Assembly (NCBI GenBank): GCA_002104905.1
Contig: MCFE01000713.1
Coordinates: 1 to 42,768, forward strand
Direction: 5' to 3'
Source: Basidiobolus meristosporus CBS 931.73
Taxonomy: Eukaryota > Fungi > Basidiobolomycota
Length of the DNA stretch: 42,768 bases
Translations under genes and position numbers: made by a program
Shown here: positions 21,700-32,040 of the stretch, piece after piece
Numbering within the stretch: the first letter of the stretch is position 1
How the letters are laid out: every line of letters starts with the position of its first letter
Notes under the pieces: model-generated
What the model saw: the letters and a program-made list of their open reading frames with translations, nothing else
The model's database searches: none
Told to the model about the DNA's origin: nothing

Positions 21700-23010
21700 T
21701 CAGAGCCTGGCCTCAGCCAAATTCTGTTGCTCCATTTTGAGAAATCGTGGGTAGGTATACCGGAACATCAGGGAAAATATCTCGTCAAAAGCTCGGTCGA
21801 AGATGTTCAGCTGGACGTCGTTGGTCTGTATTCGACGGCGTATCTCTTTCGCCGTACCTGACTCCAGGTTCAGCTCAAATTCAGAGTCGATTGCAATGAA
21901 TGCGCTGCAGATACTATTGATCTCCAGGATCACCCAGGTGGGTAGTGTTCCCTCGTCAATGATGTCCGAGGTGTGGAGACGGAACTTCTGGATCCGTTCG
22001 AAGAACAGGACATTCTCCACACTGAAGTCGCGCTGCGAGAACCGCTTGAACACCTCGAACTGCTGCGGATCCTCTACCATCGATTCGAACGAGGACATCT
22101 TTGTGCTCTTTGTACTCGCTGCATCGGTCCCGCGCAACGCATCTATGGTGGGGAGGATGACACTGAAGACATGGCTGATCATCAGTGCCACGACGCTCCA
22201 GTGTGCGGCTGGAAATATCTTGATCACCTCTTTCAGTGCTGGAAGCGCCGCAAAGACGACGTACAAGATGAAGGCAACGACACCCAACGTGAAGTCTGCC
22301 ATCAGCTCTCGCTTGATCCCGTACGCATCGTTGACCCCTCGCAGCCAAGTTATGAAGAGTGGGCACAGGATGAACACGTAGAAGGCCGAGGTCAGGAAGA
22401 CCGGGATAAACTCCCATCCCACCAGACAGTTTCCAACGGCCATGGTTGGTGTGATCTGGAACTTGGTGGTGAATGCTTGGACAAGCAAGCTCAGGCCCAT
22501 CTGCAAGGCTAACGCACCCAGGATCAATCGGACGATGTACTTGGTGGTGAACTTCTCCCGATGCCTATAGTACCAGTTCTCATCAAGCACCATGGTCGGG
22601 GCGGTGAAGGCGGCATACTGCCTAGGGCTGAGATTGGACTTCTCCGGGCTAACGTTTATGTACTGGGTTCCCTTTGAGCCAGCGACCAGCTTCGCTTGGC
22701 TGAAATGATACAGAAAGGCAAGCCGCATGAATCGCCCTGCGACTGAGGTAAGCCATAGCGGCATCCCGATCGATGAGACCCAGATATTGAGGAAGCAAGG
22801 GAAGGTGTTGTAGGTCGGCTCTCGGCCGAGATAGAGTGTGGTGACCAACGAGTTCCCGATGGCCATAAGCACGGTGAGAGTGATGCTACGGTAGCGTATT
22901 GCTGGAGATTGGTATTGGGCGACAAACAGGAAAGTGGTGGAAAGCAGAATGAAATTCCAACCAATCGCCACTGAGTAATAGAGTTTCTGTGATAAAGTCC
23001 AGTTATCCAT
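21700..23010 (-). CDS. 7TM-RGS receptor-like protein, paralog 1 (436 aa, intronless)
   Basis: Seven hydrophobic segments (approx. aa 11-31, 43-62, 73-101, 158-180, 201-223, 236-257, 270-288). Cys at the top of TM3 (FPCF) and in ECL2 (GNCLVGWE). C-terminal RGS domain: FKRFSQRDFSVENVLFFE...ELNLE...AFDEIFSLMFRYTYPRF. Confidence 0.92.
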   Translation of the reverse strand: MDNWTLSQKLYYSVAIGWNFILLSTTFLFVAQYQSPAIRYRSITLTVLMAIGNSLVTTLYLGREPTYNTFPCFLNIWVSSIGMPLWLTSVAGRFMRLAFLYHFSQAKLVAGSKGTQYINVSPEKSNLSPRQYAAFTAPTMVLDENWYYRHREKFTTKYIVRLILGALALQMGLSLLVQAFTTKFQITPTMAVGNCLVGWEFIPVFLTSAFYVFILCPLFITWLRGVNDAYGIKRELMADFTLGVVAFILYVVFAALPALKEVIKIFPAAHWSVVALMISHVFSVILPTIDALRGTDAASTKSTKMSSFESMVEDPQQFEVFKRFSQRDFSVENVLFFERIQKFRLHTSDIIDEGTLPTWVILEINSICSAFIAIDSEFELNLESGTAKEIRRRIQTNDVQLNIFDRAFDEIFSLMFRYTYPRFLKMEQQNLAEARL

Positions 23011-23055
23011 AGTAGTGGGAGGTAATTATCCATCCACCTACGAGTACCCCGCTAG

Positions 23056-23062
23056 TTTTATA
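23056..23062 (-). promoter_or_regulatory. Putative TATA box of 7TM-RGS paralog 1
   Basis: TATAAAA ~46 bp upstream of the ATG. Similar spacing is seen for several island genes. Confidence 0.4.
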
Positions 23063-24783
23063 GAGGAAGTTCCCAGATGCCATGCGCTCTTAACATTGCA
23101 AGTAAAAACAGTCACTGCGTTGGCATATTGATTAATGTCATCGGTATGTTAATACCTGCACTTACATATATCCCTTCATATTTTCTCAATGAACCACTTG
23201 ATGGGCTCACGAAATGCAATACGGCACCAACATGGTAGTGATCTAGAATATGGATGCACTGATATATGCAATGACTTACGCTAGTTAACAAATATCCATC
23301 CAGTCATCGCCCGACGGCGAAGATAGCATCGGCCTCGATGAGATTTGGTTTGCTGGCTGGCCTTCACCATGCACCAACGCTCAGTTACTTGTATCATCAA
23401 ACTCGGAGGGCACTCGATGTTTGTGCCCAGTGCACCCTTTGCTCTACAATGCATCTCGATACGGAGCCGGCCTCCTCATGGGAGCTAGGTTTTTATCACT
23501 ACGCTACACACTACACCGTAGTCGACAGGCTTCAGTGCCTCGTAATCTTAATTGCCCAATGCTCTCCTGCGATATACCATACGGCATGAAATGAAAATAA
23601 ATTAAACAGCCGCCCAATGGCATTCCTTGTTGCTCAACCAGAATCCACTAATCGCAGCAGGCAATGCGTGTGGGTTGGAAGAAGTTTTGCCTCCTGCTAG
23701 ATCAAGTGGTGACTGCGATGCATCCTTACGAAACCTCCATGAGTGGAGCAAACACATGCGGTCCTCCGCCTTGAGCAGTCGATACGTGCAGGTTTCGTGA
23801 AAGCAAGATCTGAATTAGATTGGAGACGTCTACGATGGCTGACCAGGCTAGCGATCAGCCAATCAACCCGCCATTGTCATCGAAGATCCTCCCCTGCTTG
23901 CATGTCTGAATCCACTGTGCACCACCAAATCCCTCGCGTCACAGCCAATGCTGCCGAGGGTATATTGCCGAAAACAGTCGACGACCGCATTGTTTCCTTC
24001 GCTAGCCAGCTGCCTGTTTTCCTTCGGCAAAGCAGCGCTACTGCCTCCGGCTCAGGCAGCAATTTGCAAGGACAGAGGCTACCTTTCCGGACGCTTCTGT
24101 GGATTTTGTCGATTCAATCAGTAACAGTAGAGGTGGCAAAGGACGAAACCCAGAGGATTAATTTCGCTATTCTTGGGTGAGCACCCCAACCAAGTAGCTC
24201 TGGTCAACCCAAAGCTCGCCAAAGGAAGCCCTGTCAGCGGTGATTGGAACCCTTTACACGGGATTTGTGGGTGGGTTTCTGAGGTGGAATCAGCCTTCCA
24301 TTGCTACATGGACCCTTCATATGGAATGGCTACTTTTGGGCTTGCTTCTCTCCAAACCCTTGGCCAAGGCAGCCAATAATCAATGCGCATTTACCCAGCA
24401 TGTAGATTGTACTCCATCAGAAGACGGGCTAGCAAATAGTCGCTTCCAATCTCGACATTTCAGACGATCTTCTGATGTTGATACTCCATCTCTTCGCTGA
24501 GTTGACCCTGCTCTCTAGGTAACATCGGCTGGGTCTTGTGTAATGCCAAATTGAGGAGACGGTGGTCATGAATTCCCTAATATGGGGGTCGGTTCAGTGC
24601 ATCCACTGATCTCCATGGATGTGGAAATTCGACCAAACCTAAATCCCCCTCCAATCATCTAGGTTGACTTCCATCGAACTTCCATAAGAAACGATGACAT
24701 CGGAGTCAACGAGGCCGCAACTACCTTTAGAAGAAGGCCAAAGCATAACAAATGGATCTAGAAGCGTGTAGTGGTGCTGCGAA

Positions 24784-24793
24784 ATTTATATAA
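24784..24793 (+). promoter_or_regulatory. Putative TATA box of the Cys-rich surface protein gene
   Basis: ATTTATATAA(A) ~35-45 bp upstream of ATG 24829. Confidence 0.4.
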
Positions 24794-24828
24794 ACTTGGG
24801 TGGAACCCTCCAGCAAGACACACATAAA

Positions 24829-25494
24829 ATGAAACTCAACCTCACCACCTTGTTGCTTGCTACTGCCTTAACCAGCCTCGCCAGTACTCGCGCGGAAGAC
24901 CGGAGCTGTTGGCGAAGTTGTAGTGGTGATGCCACCTGCTTAGCACAGTGTGATTCTCAGCTCCAGGGAATCGGGGATTGTAAGTCCAAGTGCAACTTCA
25001 GTAACCCCACTCAAGGGCGGGAGTGCATCCAAGCCTGCGTCCAACATCACGTACTGGAAACTCCTGGCGCCGGTGGTGCCTCTCAAACACCCACACCCAC
25101 CTCCAGTACCACGGGGACAGCCGGCCAGCTGCACCATACCGACAGCCATGGACATACCAACTGCTGGAGATCCTGTAATGGTAACAGTCAGTGCCTTGAC
25201 AAGTGCGACCAGCAAGTTGCAGGGATTGGAGAATGCAAGGCCCGTTGTGATTTCTCCAGCCCTGCAAAGGGTGTGGAATGCATCAAGAAATGCCGGGACG
25301 ACCACGTTTTCCAAAGCCCATCCGACAATGCCACTGGCGGTACTGGAGCACCAACAGAAAAGACCACCTCCTCTGGGGATCAGTCAAAATCTACCAACAG
25401 CGCAGCGGTCAGTCCGAACACTTCATCTACCCTAGCCATCTACTCCTCCCTATTAGCCGGATGCGCGCTTCTTGCCACCCTAAATGTCTTCTAA
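24829..25494 (+). CDS. Secreted, probably GPI-anchored Cys-rich protein (221 aa) with two 8-Cys modules
   Basis: Signal peptide MKLNLTTLLLATALTSLA. Two repeats of CWRSC-x5-CxxxC-x9-CKxxC-x10-CIxxC-x3-HV. Ser/Thr/Gly-rich linkers and a C-terminal hydrophobic tail (LAIYSSLLAGCALLATLNVF) after small residues (NSAA). The track start at 24796 is a TTG. Confidence 0.88.
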   Translation: MKLNLTTLLLATALTSLASTRAEDRSCWRSCSGDATCLAQCDSQLQGIGDCKSKCNFSNPTQGRECIQACVQHHVLETPGAGGASQTPTPTSSTTGTAGQLHHTDSHGHTNCWRSCNGNSQCLDKCDQQVAGIGECKARCDFSSPAKGVECIKKCRDDHVFQSPSDNATGGTGAPTEKTTSSGDQSKSTNSAAVSPNTSSTLAIYSSLLAGCALLATLNVF

Positions 25495-26511
25495 GTTGTA
25501 AGCCACCTAACCCATATAGCATATTTACAAATAAATCACTTGAACCCGAGTAACACGCAGCATCAGCAAATGATTGCCTTATTGGTGGGGATGCGGTTTG
25601 TGATGTCACGTTGTACGACTCCCATGTAGGAAGGATTATGCTTGTCGAGAGTGCGGCTTACCATTTGGGAAAGATTGACATCATTCGTGTTGGTTTATTT
25701 TGCCAGATTGGGGTTTCCTCATTGGAGGAGGAGTTAAGCTTCAATCAACACCCATATATATGGCTGCTTAATGACGACATCGCTCTAGAGCGTAGCTAGT
25801 GAGTCAACAGCATGGGATGAATGTATTGGTGTATGTAATACATACAACTCTGGTAAATCATTTTGGTGAACCAAAAGATGTCCCTAATTTGACTCCGAAG
25901 GGTTCCTTTTCTGAGCAGTCATCCAGCAGGGATATCGAGTGGGGCTGGGAGATTCAGTAATCGAATCCGGGGCAAGTTCAAGTAAGCCACCTTTTCCGAA
26001 CTCGCATATTTCTGGTGAGCCTCAACGGTCAATGGATGAAGTAGAGTTTCCAAAAAAATCGCCGATCGGATATTGATCCAGATACAGTTCCTTCAGGGAT
26101 GGCAATGCGCCTAGTTGAGAAATTGACCGATTATTCTACACGTAATAGGAATTCAGCGCATGTGCAGCCTAGCCAACAATGCCGGTGATCTAACCTACGG
26201 TTCCAGGGGGCACATGCATTCCATACCGTCATAACCAGCCAATGTCAGTGCGCGAAGGCAGTCGGAAGGGCACTTGAACACGGAGTGGGGATAGCAAATA
26301 GCGTTAGTATATGTCCAAGAGGAGTAAGCATCATTCTCCAGATTTCCAAGTCCCCTGCAGTGCACGAGTAAAGCAAACGGTAGTTACATAAACTGGTCAA
26401 CGGCAGCCTCAACAGGTTATCAGGCTACAAGCCAGTCCTTCTCGCCTCGATTCATTTCATACTATTACAGCTGAAATTAATCCCAACTGGGTATCGTAGA
26501 ATTCAGTGCCG

Positions 26512-27297
26512 ATGGAAAACTGGTCGATGTCACAAAGGGTGCACTACCCATTAGCACTTTTATGGAATATTGTTCTTCTTTCCACCACTTTCCTGTTTGT
26601 TGCCCAATACCTATCTCCAGCAATACGCTACCGTAGCATCACTCTCACTGTGCTTATGGCCATCGGGAACTCGTTGGTCACCACACTCTATCTCGGCCGA
26701 GAGCCGACCTACAACACCTTCCCTTGCTTCCTCAATATCTGGGTCTCATCGATCGGGACGCCGCTGTGGCTTACCTCAGTCGCAGGGCGATTCGTGCGGC
26801 TTGCCTTTCTGTATCATTTCAGCCAAGCGAAGCTGGTCGCTGGCTCAAAGGGAGCCCAGTACATACACGTTGGCCCAGAGAAGTCCAATCTTAGCCTTGA
26901 GCAGTATGCCGAGTCGATGGTAGAGGATCCGCAGCAGTTCGAGGTGTTCAAGCGGTTCTCGCAGCGCGACTTCAGTGTGGAGAATGTCCTGTTCTTCGAA
27001 CGGATCCAGAAGTTCCGTCACCACACCTCGGACATCATCGGCGAGGGAACACTACCCACCTGGGTGATCCTGGAGATCAATAGTATCTACAGTATATTCT
27101 TTGCAGCTGACTCTGAGTTCGTATTAAACCTGGAGGCGCTGACGGTGAGAGAGATTCGGCATCGATTCCAAACCGGAGGGATCTGCCCGGACATATTTAA
27201 CAGGGCCCTCAATGAGATTCGTACGCTGATATTTCGGTACACATACGCTAGATACGTCAGGCTGGGTCAACAAGGTCTCGCCAAAACCGTACTCTAG
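26512..27297 (+). CDS. Internally deleted 7TM-RGS paralog 2 (261 aa): TM1-3 fused in frame to RGS
   Basis: Aligns with paralog 1 aa 1-133 and 309-436, with a 525-bp in-frame deletion at 26910/26911. ORF intact, RGS motifs intact. Could also be a recent pseudogene. Confidence 0.8.
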   Translation: MENWSMSQRVHYPLALLWNIVLLSTTFLFVAQYLSPAIRYRSITLTVLMAIGNSLVTTLYLGREPTYNTFPCFLNIWVSSIGTPLWLTSVAGRFVRLAFLYHFSQAKLVAGSKGAQYIHVGPEKSNLSLEQYAESMVEDPQQFEVFKRFSQRDFSVENVLFFERIQKFRHHTSDIIGEGTLPTWVILEINSIYSIFFAADSEFVLNLEALTVREIRHRFQTGGICPDIFNRALNEIRTLIFRYTYARYVRLGQQGLAKTVL

Positions 27298-27651
27298 CCA
27301 AGCCCTTGACGGCAAATCCCTTTTTTAAGAAACCCCACACACCCACTATGCAAAGTTGATATTACCACTTGCTGAATCTGACCTACCGTGCGATCGTTGA
27401 TGTACCTTTGGACTGCTATACATGATAGAAGGGCTTGTTGGGTTCCTTGGGCTACCAGAGTATTCATGAAGCTATTTACAATACAGTATTTGCAAACAGT
27501 TGTATTTCATACTCGTTACACCGTAAATTCATCCGAGACCATCGAGTGCGAGTACCTCGATTTAGTTATGGAATGTCAAAATGTTTATTGAATGGGTTGC
27601 TCAGTCTAGCCAAGAGTCAGTCCAGCCTGTCCGACTCGGCTGATGGCCGGT

Positions 27652-29025
27652 TCAAAGTTTGTGGATGGATTTGCCATCAACAAACACCTGGGCGATATTA
27701 CGATCATCACCGTTGTTGATGAACTTCTCAAAGATAGTGTTGAGCTTGTCATGGTCAAACAGATCGATGGGTGATCCGCGAGTGCTGGGATTAACGATCA
27801 GAGCGTCAAATTGCTTGCCCACAACAAAGTTACCAAGCTTCTCCTTCATCCCGAGTACGTCGGCTCCACCGAGTGTAGCGATGTAGAAGATCTCGGGCAA
27901 CTTCAAGTACTTATCATCTGGATGCTCAAAGCTACGGGCAATCCCAGCGAAGTAGGCGTTACGGATGCTGTTGAGGATGGATGTTGAGTAGCCACCGGAA
28001 ACGTCAGTCCCAAGGCTGAGCTTTTGTCCATCTGTTAGCATCTGGCGAATTTTGGCTATCCCGCTGCGGAGACTCAAGTTGGAGTTGGGACAGTGGGAGA
28101 TGCCCGCCCCCCGTTGCTTGAGCAGTTTCTGTTCCGCATCGGTTGGGTAAACCACATGGGCCATGATGGTGCGGTTGGTTAGCAGCCCATGGGCATCATA
28201 AACCGATGTATAGTCGGGCTGATCAGGGTGAAGCTCTTTGACCCAAGCGATTTCGTCCAGGTTCTCATCCAGATGAGATTGGATAGGGAGATTATATTTG
28301 CTGGCCAATGCGGCAAGACCTTTCATCAATTCAGAGGTGCAGGAGGGTACAAATCGGGGAGTGATAATTGGAGTGACTCGGGAGTTTTTCTTGCCAAGGA
28401 CGTACTGAATAAAAGCCTCGGAGTCTTTCAAGCTTTTCTCGGTGGTCTCGATGTAGTAGTCTGGGGAATTCCTGTCCATGTTTACCTTCCCGACAAATGC
28501 ACGCTGGCCCCTACGCTCTACGATGTCGGAGAGGATTTTGCTTGCTTCAAGATGGATTGTGGCATAATAACTAGCCGCTGTGGTGCCGCCCCGGATGAGT
28601 CGGTCAACAACTTTCCCATATGCCTCCTTGGCGTAGCTGGTGTCGTTGAACCGAGCCTCACGAGGAAAAGTATATGTATTTAGCCAGTTGAGTAGCTGCA
28701 AGTCCATCCCAGATCCGGTGAATACGTACTGTGGAGCATGGATGTGTGTGTCGATTAAGCCTGGCATGATGAATTGTTGGTTGCCTAGACGAGTAACACT
28801 AGCTCTGTATTTTTCACGCATCTGATTGACTTGCTGCTCGGTCGCGTTTCTTTCCACTTGTATGATCTTTCCAGCGGTATCTACTACGATCACACCATTA
28901 CTTACATACTCGATGCTTGTAACGTCGGCGGAATGAACGAAGTTTCCGTAGAATATATCCCCAGCAGCAGCATTGGCGGAGGCTGCGAGTGCGGCAGAGA
29001 GCATGGCAAGAGTTAAGAAGCGCAT
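27652..29025 (-). CDS. GUD1: Guanine deaminase (amidohydrolase superfamily, 457 aa, intronless) with N-terminal signal peptide
   Basis: Motifs: PGLIDTHIHAPQY (HxH), YYATIH, GKVNMD, ITPRFVPSCT, IQSHLDEN, HCPNSN, LGTDVSGG. First ATG is 29025 (the track start at 29073 is a GTG), giving MRFLTLAMLSAALAASANA|AAGD. Confidence 0.93.
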   Translation of the reverse strand: MRFLTLAMLSAALAASANAAAGDIFYGNFVHSADVTSIEYVSNGVIVVDTAGKIIQVERNATEQQVNQMREKYRASVTRLGNQQFIMPGLIDTHIHAPQYVFTGSGMDLQLLNWLNTYTFPREARFNDTSYAKEAYGKVVDRLIRGGTTAASYYATIHLEASKILSDIVERRGQRAFVGKVNMDRNSPDYYIETTEKSLKDSEAFIQYVLGKKNSRVTPIITPRFVPSCTSELMKGLAALASKYNLPIQSHLDENLDEIAWVKELHPDQPDYTSVYDAHGLLTNRTIMAHVVYPTDAEQKLLKQRGAGISHCPNSNLSLRSGIAKIRQMLTDGQKLSLGTDVSGGYSTSILNSIRNAYFAGIARSFEHPDDKYLKLPEIFYIATLGGADVLGMKEKLGNFVVGKQFDALIVNPSTRGSPIDLFDHDKLNTIFEKFINNGDDRNIAQVFVDGKSIHKL

Positions 29026-29085
29026 TTTCGAGGTAGGATTGCTGAGAGAGCACCGAGAACACTTACTAGGCACTCAACTCCATGG

Positions 29086-29093
29086 TTTTTATA
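29086..29093 (-). promoter_or_regulatory. Putative TATA box of guanine deaminase
   Basis: TATAAAAA ~60 bp upstream of ATG 29025, supporting that start. Confidence 0.45.
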
Positions 29094-30600
29094 CGTTTCC
29101 AGGCCAAAACCATTCGCAGTTCCTAATTACTCTTAGGGCCTATGCGAATGCTTTCACCTGTCATGATATGATTTTGTTGTCGTACGGTGTTCAGACTTTG
29201 GGAAAAGCGTGGCAGATGATTGATAAAATAGCTAGCATTAAAGATAAGGCGAGATAAAGCGAAGTTTGTTTATCGTTTAATTCATGACGAGCTATATCCG
29301 ACTAGAGCTCCCAAATCCTGAGAATTACTCGAGAGCGATTACCGGATTCCCTATTTAGGTTACAGCAGGCTTCTGAATCTGCCCACTTTTGGGCACATTT
29401 ATGGTGTTTGGCTATGATGATGTAGTGTACTCCCTCCGAATAAATCACAGCATCCGTAGTCTCACCACTAATCCTTCTGCCTATTACCAGCGTCGTCACG
29501 AATTCGATATTACTCGCTTATAACTGGAGGAGTGTCTGTGTGGGAAGAAAGGCTACGGAACAAAACTAGGAATACGGAGACATATCTTGATGTAGTACAC
29601 CAATTCATTGGCTCAACTGCAGAGATTATCTCTGATACCAACCATCCAAGACGGTCAATTTCTCAATTGTAGCTATTATGGAAGCCCTCTTAATCAGGTG
29701 CTGTGATGGGAAACAATTCAAGGCAAACTGTTCGAGTCGGCTGCCTCTTGCTTATAGCCCGTGGCATAGCCTCCTTAAACAGAATGCCTCTTATTTAGAA
29801 AGTAGAGCTTAATAGGGCCGTTAGCAAGCACCTTGGCTCAATTAACGCTTGTTTGCCTAAATTCAGAGGGATTAAATACTGGCTATTAACATACTAAGTT
29901 GCGTTGGTAAATGCACACTTGGCAGCATAACTTGGATGTGATAATGCCTTACGTGGGATACAAGGGCCACATTTTCTACCCATGTCTAACCACGAATAAT
30001 GGAAAGATTCTCGTAGAAACCCTACATACAATTTAATCCATAACATCGTTGGTATTTGTGGAACTGTGTTGAATGCTTATTATATTGCCAAGTACCTGCA
30101 GTCAAGGCATGGCACCAAATGAGCTTAACTTGAACTCCACAAATACGCACTCATCCCAGGATATCCCGCACCTAAAGAGAGCATGCAGCGAGTTGTGGAA
30201 ATGGGTAGATTAATGAGCACCCCAGGTTCTAATTTCTCGGGCGTACAAGCTGCTAATCCAAAATCCCCGCAGCAAGGTCCATCGTGAATCGAAGTTTTGC
30301 CAAGTTATTACGATTCCATAACCCAAATCCATGTAGCCTCATCTAAAATGTTGGATTGACTTGACTACATTAATACGGATCAAGGTGGATCCAGGTTCGA
30401 AGAACTAATAATCTCTCCGATCGTGATTAAATTGAATTTTATGCTATCTTACTAGTTAGTAGTCGGGAAGAGAAGTGCAATGCTCCTGCTTTCGTGTTTG
30501 AACTCTGAGCCAGGAATCACTTAAAAGGATGGGAACTCTTCTCGCCAAAACCACAATCGACTCTCTCGCTTTGAATACACATTACTACAATACGCTCGAA

Positions 30601-31884
30601 ATGGAGTGGACTGTGTCTCAGAAGATATATTACCCGTTGACAATTATCTGGAACGTAATCTTGGTTGTTTCTACTCTCCTGTTCATATCTCAACGACACT
30701 CGCCGTCAATCCGATACCGCAGCATCACGCTCTCAGTGTTGATGGTCATATCCAACTCACTGGTGACAACGCTTTATTTGGGCCGTGAGCCTGATGTCGA
30801 GAGCTTTCCGTGCTTTTTAAATCTATGGATATCTTCTATCGCAATCCCGCTGTGGCTGACTTCAGTAGCAGGGAGATTCATGCGATTGGCCTTTCTTTAT
30901 CACTTCAGCCAAGCTAAACTCATGGCCGGTACGGGTAGTGCGAGATATGTTGACAAGGCTACGTTGGAAAACGGCGCTATCTCCACATACTTGGTGCTAG
31001 ATGAGAATTGGTATGCACAGCATCGCGAGAAGTTTACTACCAAGTACATCGCGAAACTCATTGGCGCGTGTGTAGCGTTCCAAACTGTGTTGACTCTAAT
31101 TATTCAGGTGTTCACTATCAAGTTCCAGATTACACCCAAGATTGCCACTGGAGGATGCCTGGTTGGCTGGGAGTTTATTCCGGTGTGGCTAACTTCGGCC
31201 TTTTACGTATTTCTGTTGTGCCCCCTCTTCATCACCTGGATTCGTGGAGTAAACGATGCATATGGCATACGACGAGAGCTGATTGCAGATTTTACACTTG
31301 GTGTACTCGCCTTCCTGCTCTATATTATATTCGCATCGTTCCCACAAATGAAAAACATACGCCTGATTTTTCCTGCTGCCCACTGGAGTGTTGTGGCTCT
31401 GGTCTTTAGTCATATCTTCAGCATCGTAGCTCCCACTATCGAGGCATTAAAAGGGGGCCCTAAGACACGAAAGTCTACAAGTCTAGCCTCGTTTGATTCT
31501 ATGGTTGAGGATCCCCGGCAGTTTGAAGTATTCAAACGATTCACTTTGAGAGATTTCAGCGTTGAGAACGTTCTCTTCTATGAGAGAGTTATTCAGCTCA
31601 AATTGAAATACCAGGATCTTCCATATAACCCGAAAGGCTCGCTGAGCACTGAGGTGGTCTATGAGCTTACTAACATCTATAACACCTTCATCACGACTGG
31701 TTCCGAATTCGAACTCAACCTTGAAGCGGCTACCATCAGCAGACTCAAGGAACGCTTCCAGAAAGAGTTGCGGCTGGACGTTTTCGACCAGGCTTTAATG
31801 GAAGTACGAAACCTGATGTATAGATATACCTATCCTAGATTTGTGAAGCTTAGCCGAAAGAATCTTGAAGAAACCATGCTGTAA
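30601..31884 (+). CDS. 7TM-RGS receptor-like protein, paralog 3 (427 aa; alternative in-frame ATG at 30529)
   Basis: Colinear with paralog 1 along its whole length (MEWTVSQK ~ MDNWTLSQK; GGCLVGWEFIPV; FKRFTLRDFSVENVLFYE; YRYTYPRF). Confidence 0.92.
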   Translation: MEWTVSQKIYYPLTIIWNVILVVSTLLFISQRHSPSIRYRSITLSVLMVISNSLVTTLYLGREPDVESFPCFLNLWISSIAIPLWLTSVAGRFMRLAFLYHFSQAKLMAGTGSARYVDKATLENGAISTYLVLDENWYAQHREKFTTKYIAKLIGACVAFQTVLTLIIQVFTIKFQITPKIATGGCLVGWEFIPVWLTSAFYVFLLCPLFITWIRGVNDAYGIRRELIADFTLGVLAFLLYIIFASFPQMKNIRLIFPAAHWSVVALVFSHIFSIVAPTIEALKGGPKTRKSTSLASFDSMVEDPRQFEVFKRFTLRDFSVENVLFYERVIQLKLKYQDLPYNPKGSLSTEVVYELTNIYNTFITTGSEFELNLEAATISRLKERFQKELRLDVFDQALMEVRNLMYRYTYPRFVKLSRKNLEETML

Positions 31885-32040
31885 GTTTGTTAAATAGCCT
31901 AAAGACTCAGCCATGGGGTGTGATGATGCTTTTATTTACTCTTCCCGTTTGATGACCAACGGTGGGCAGATATTAAATAAATATATGAAACAGGTATGTA
32001 TGCACGTATGCACATATAGCCTATCCCCAGAAGCTCCATT

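Noticed and set aside
20440-22512. Long plus-strand ORFs (20525-21091, 21803-22381, 21973-22512)
   Set aside because: Antisense shadows of GC-rich real genes on the minus strand.
23743-24500. ORFs of 145, 68 and 86 aa between receptor 1 and the Cys-rich gene
   Set aside because: Non-ATG starts, no motifs and no consistent splice model. A possible 59-aa secreted peptide (MEWLLLGLLL...) is too weak to call.
27652-29073. Bacterial horizontal origin of the intronless guanine deaminase, and the 473-aa N-terminal extension
   Set aside because: The N-terminal IFYGNFVHS...IEY...GKI pattern looks like the eukaryotic type, and the neighbouring receptor genes are also intronless. The extension starts at GTG upstream of the first ATG.
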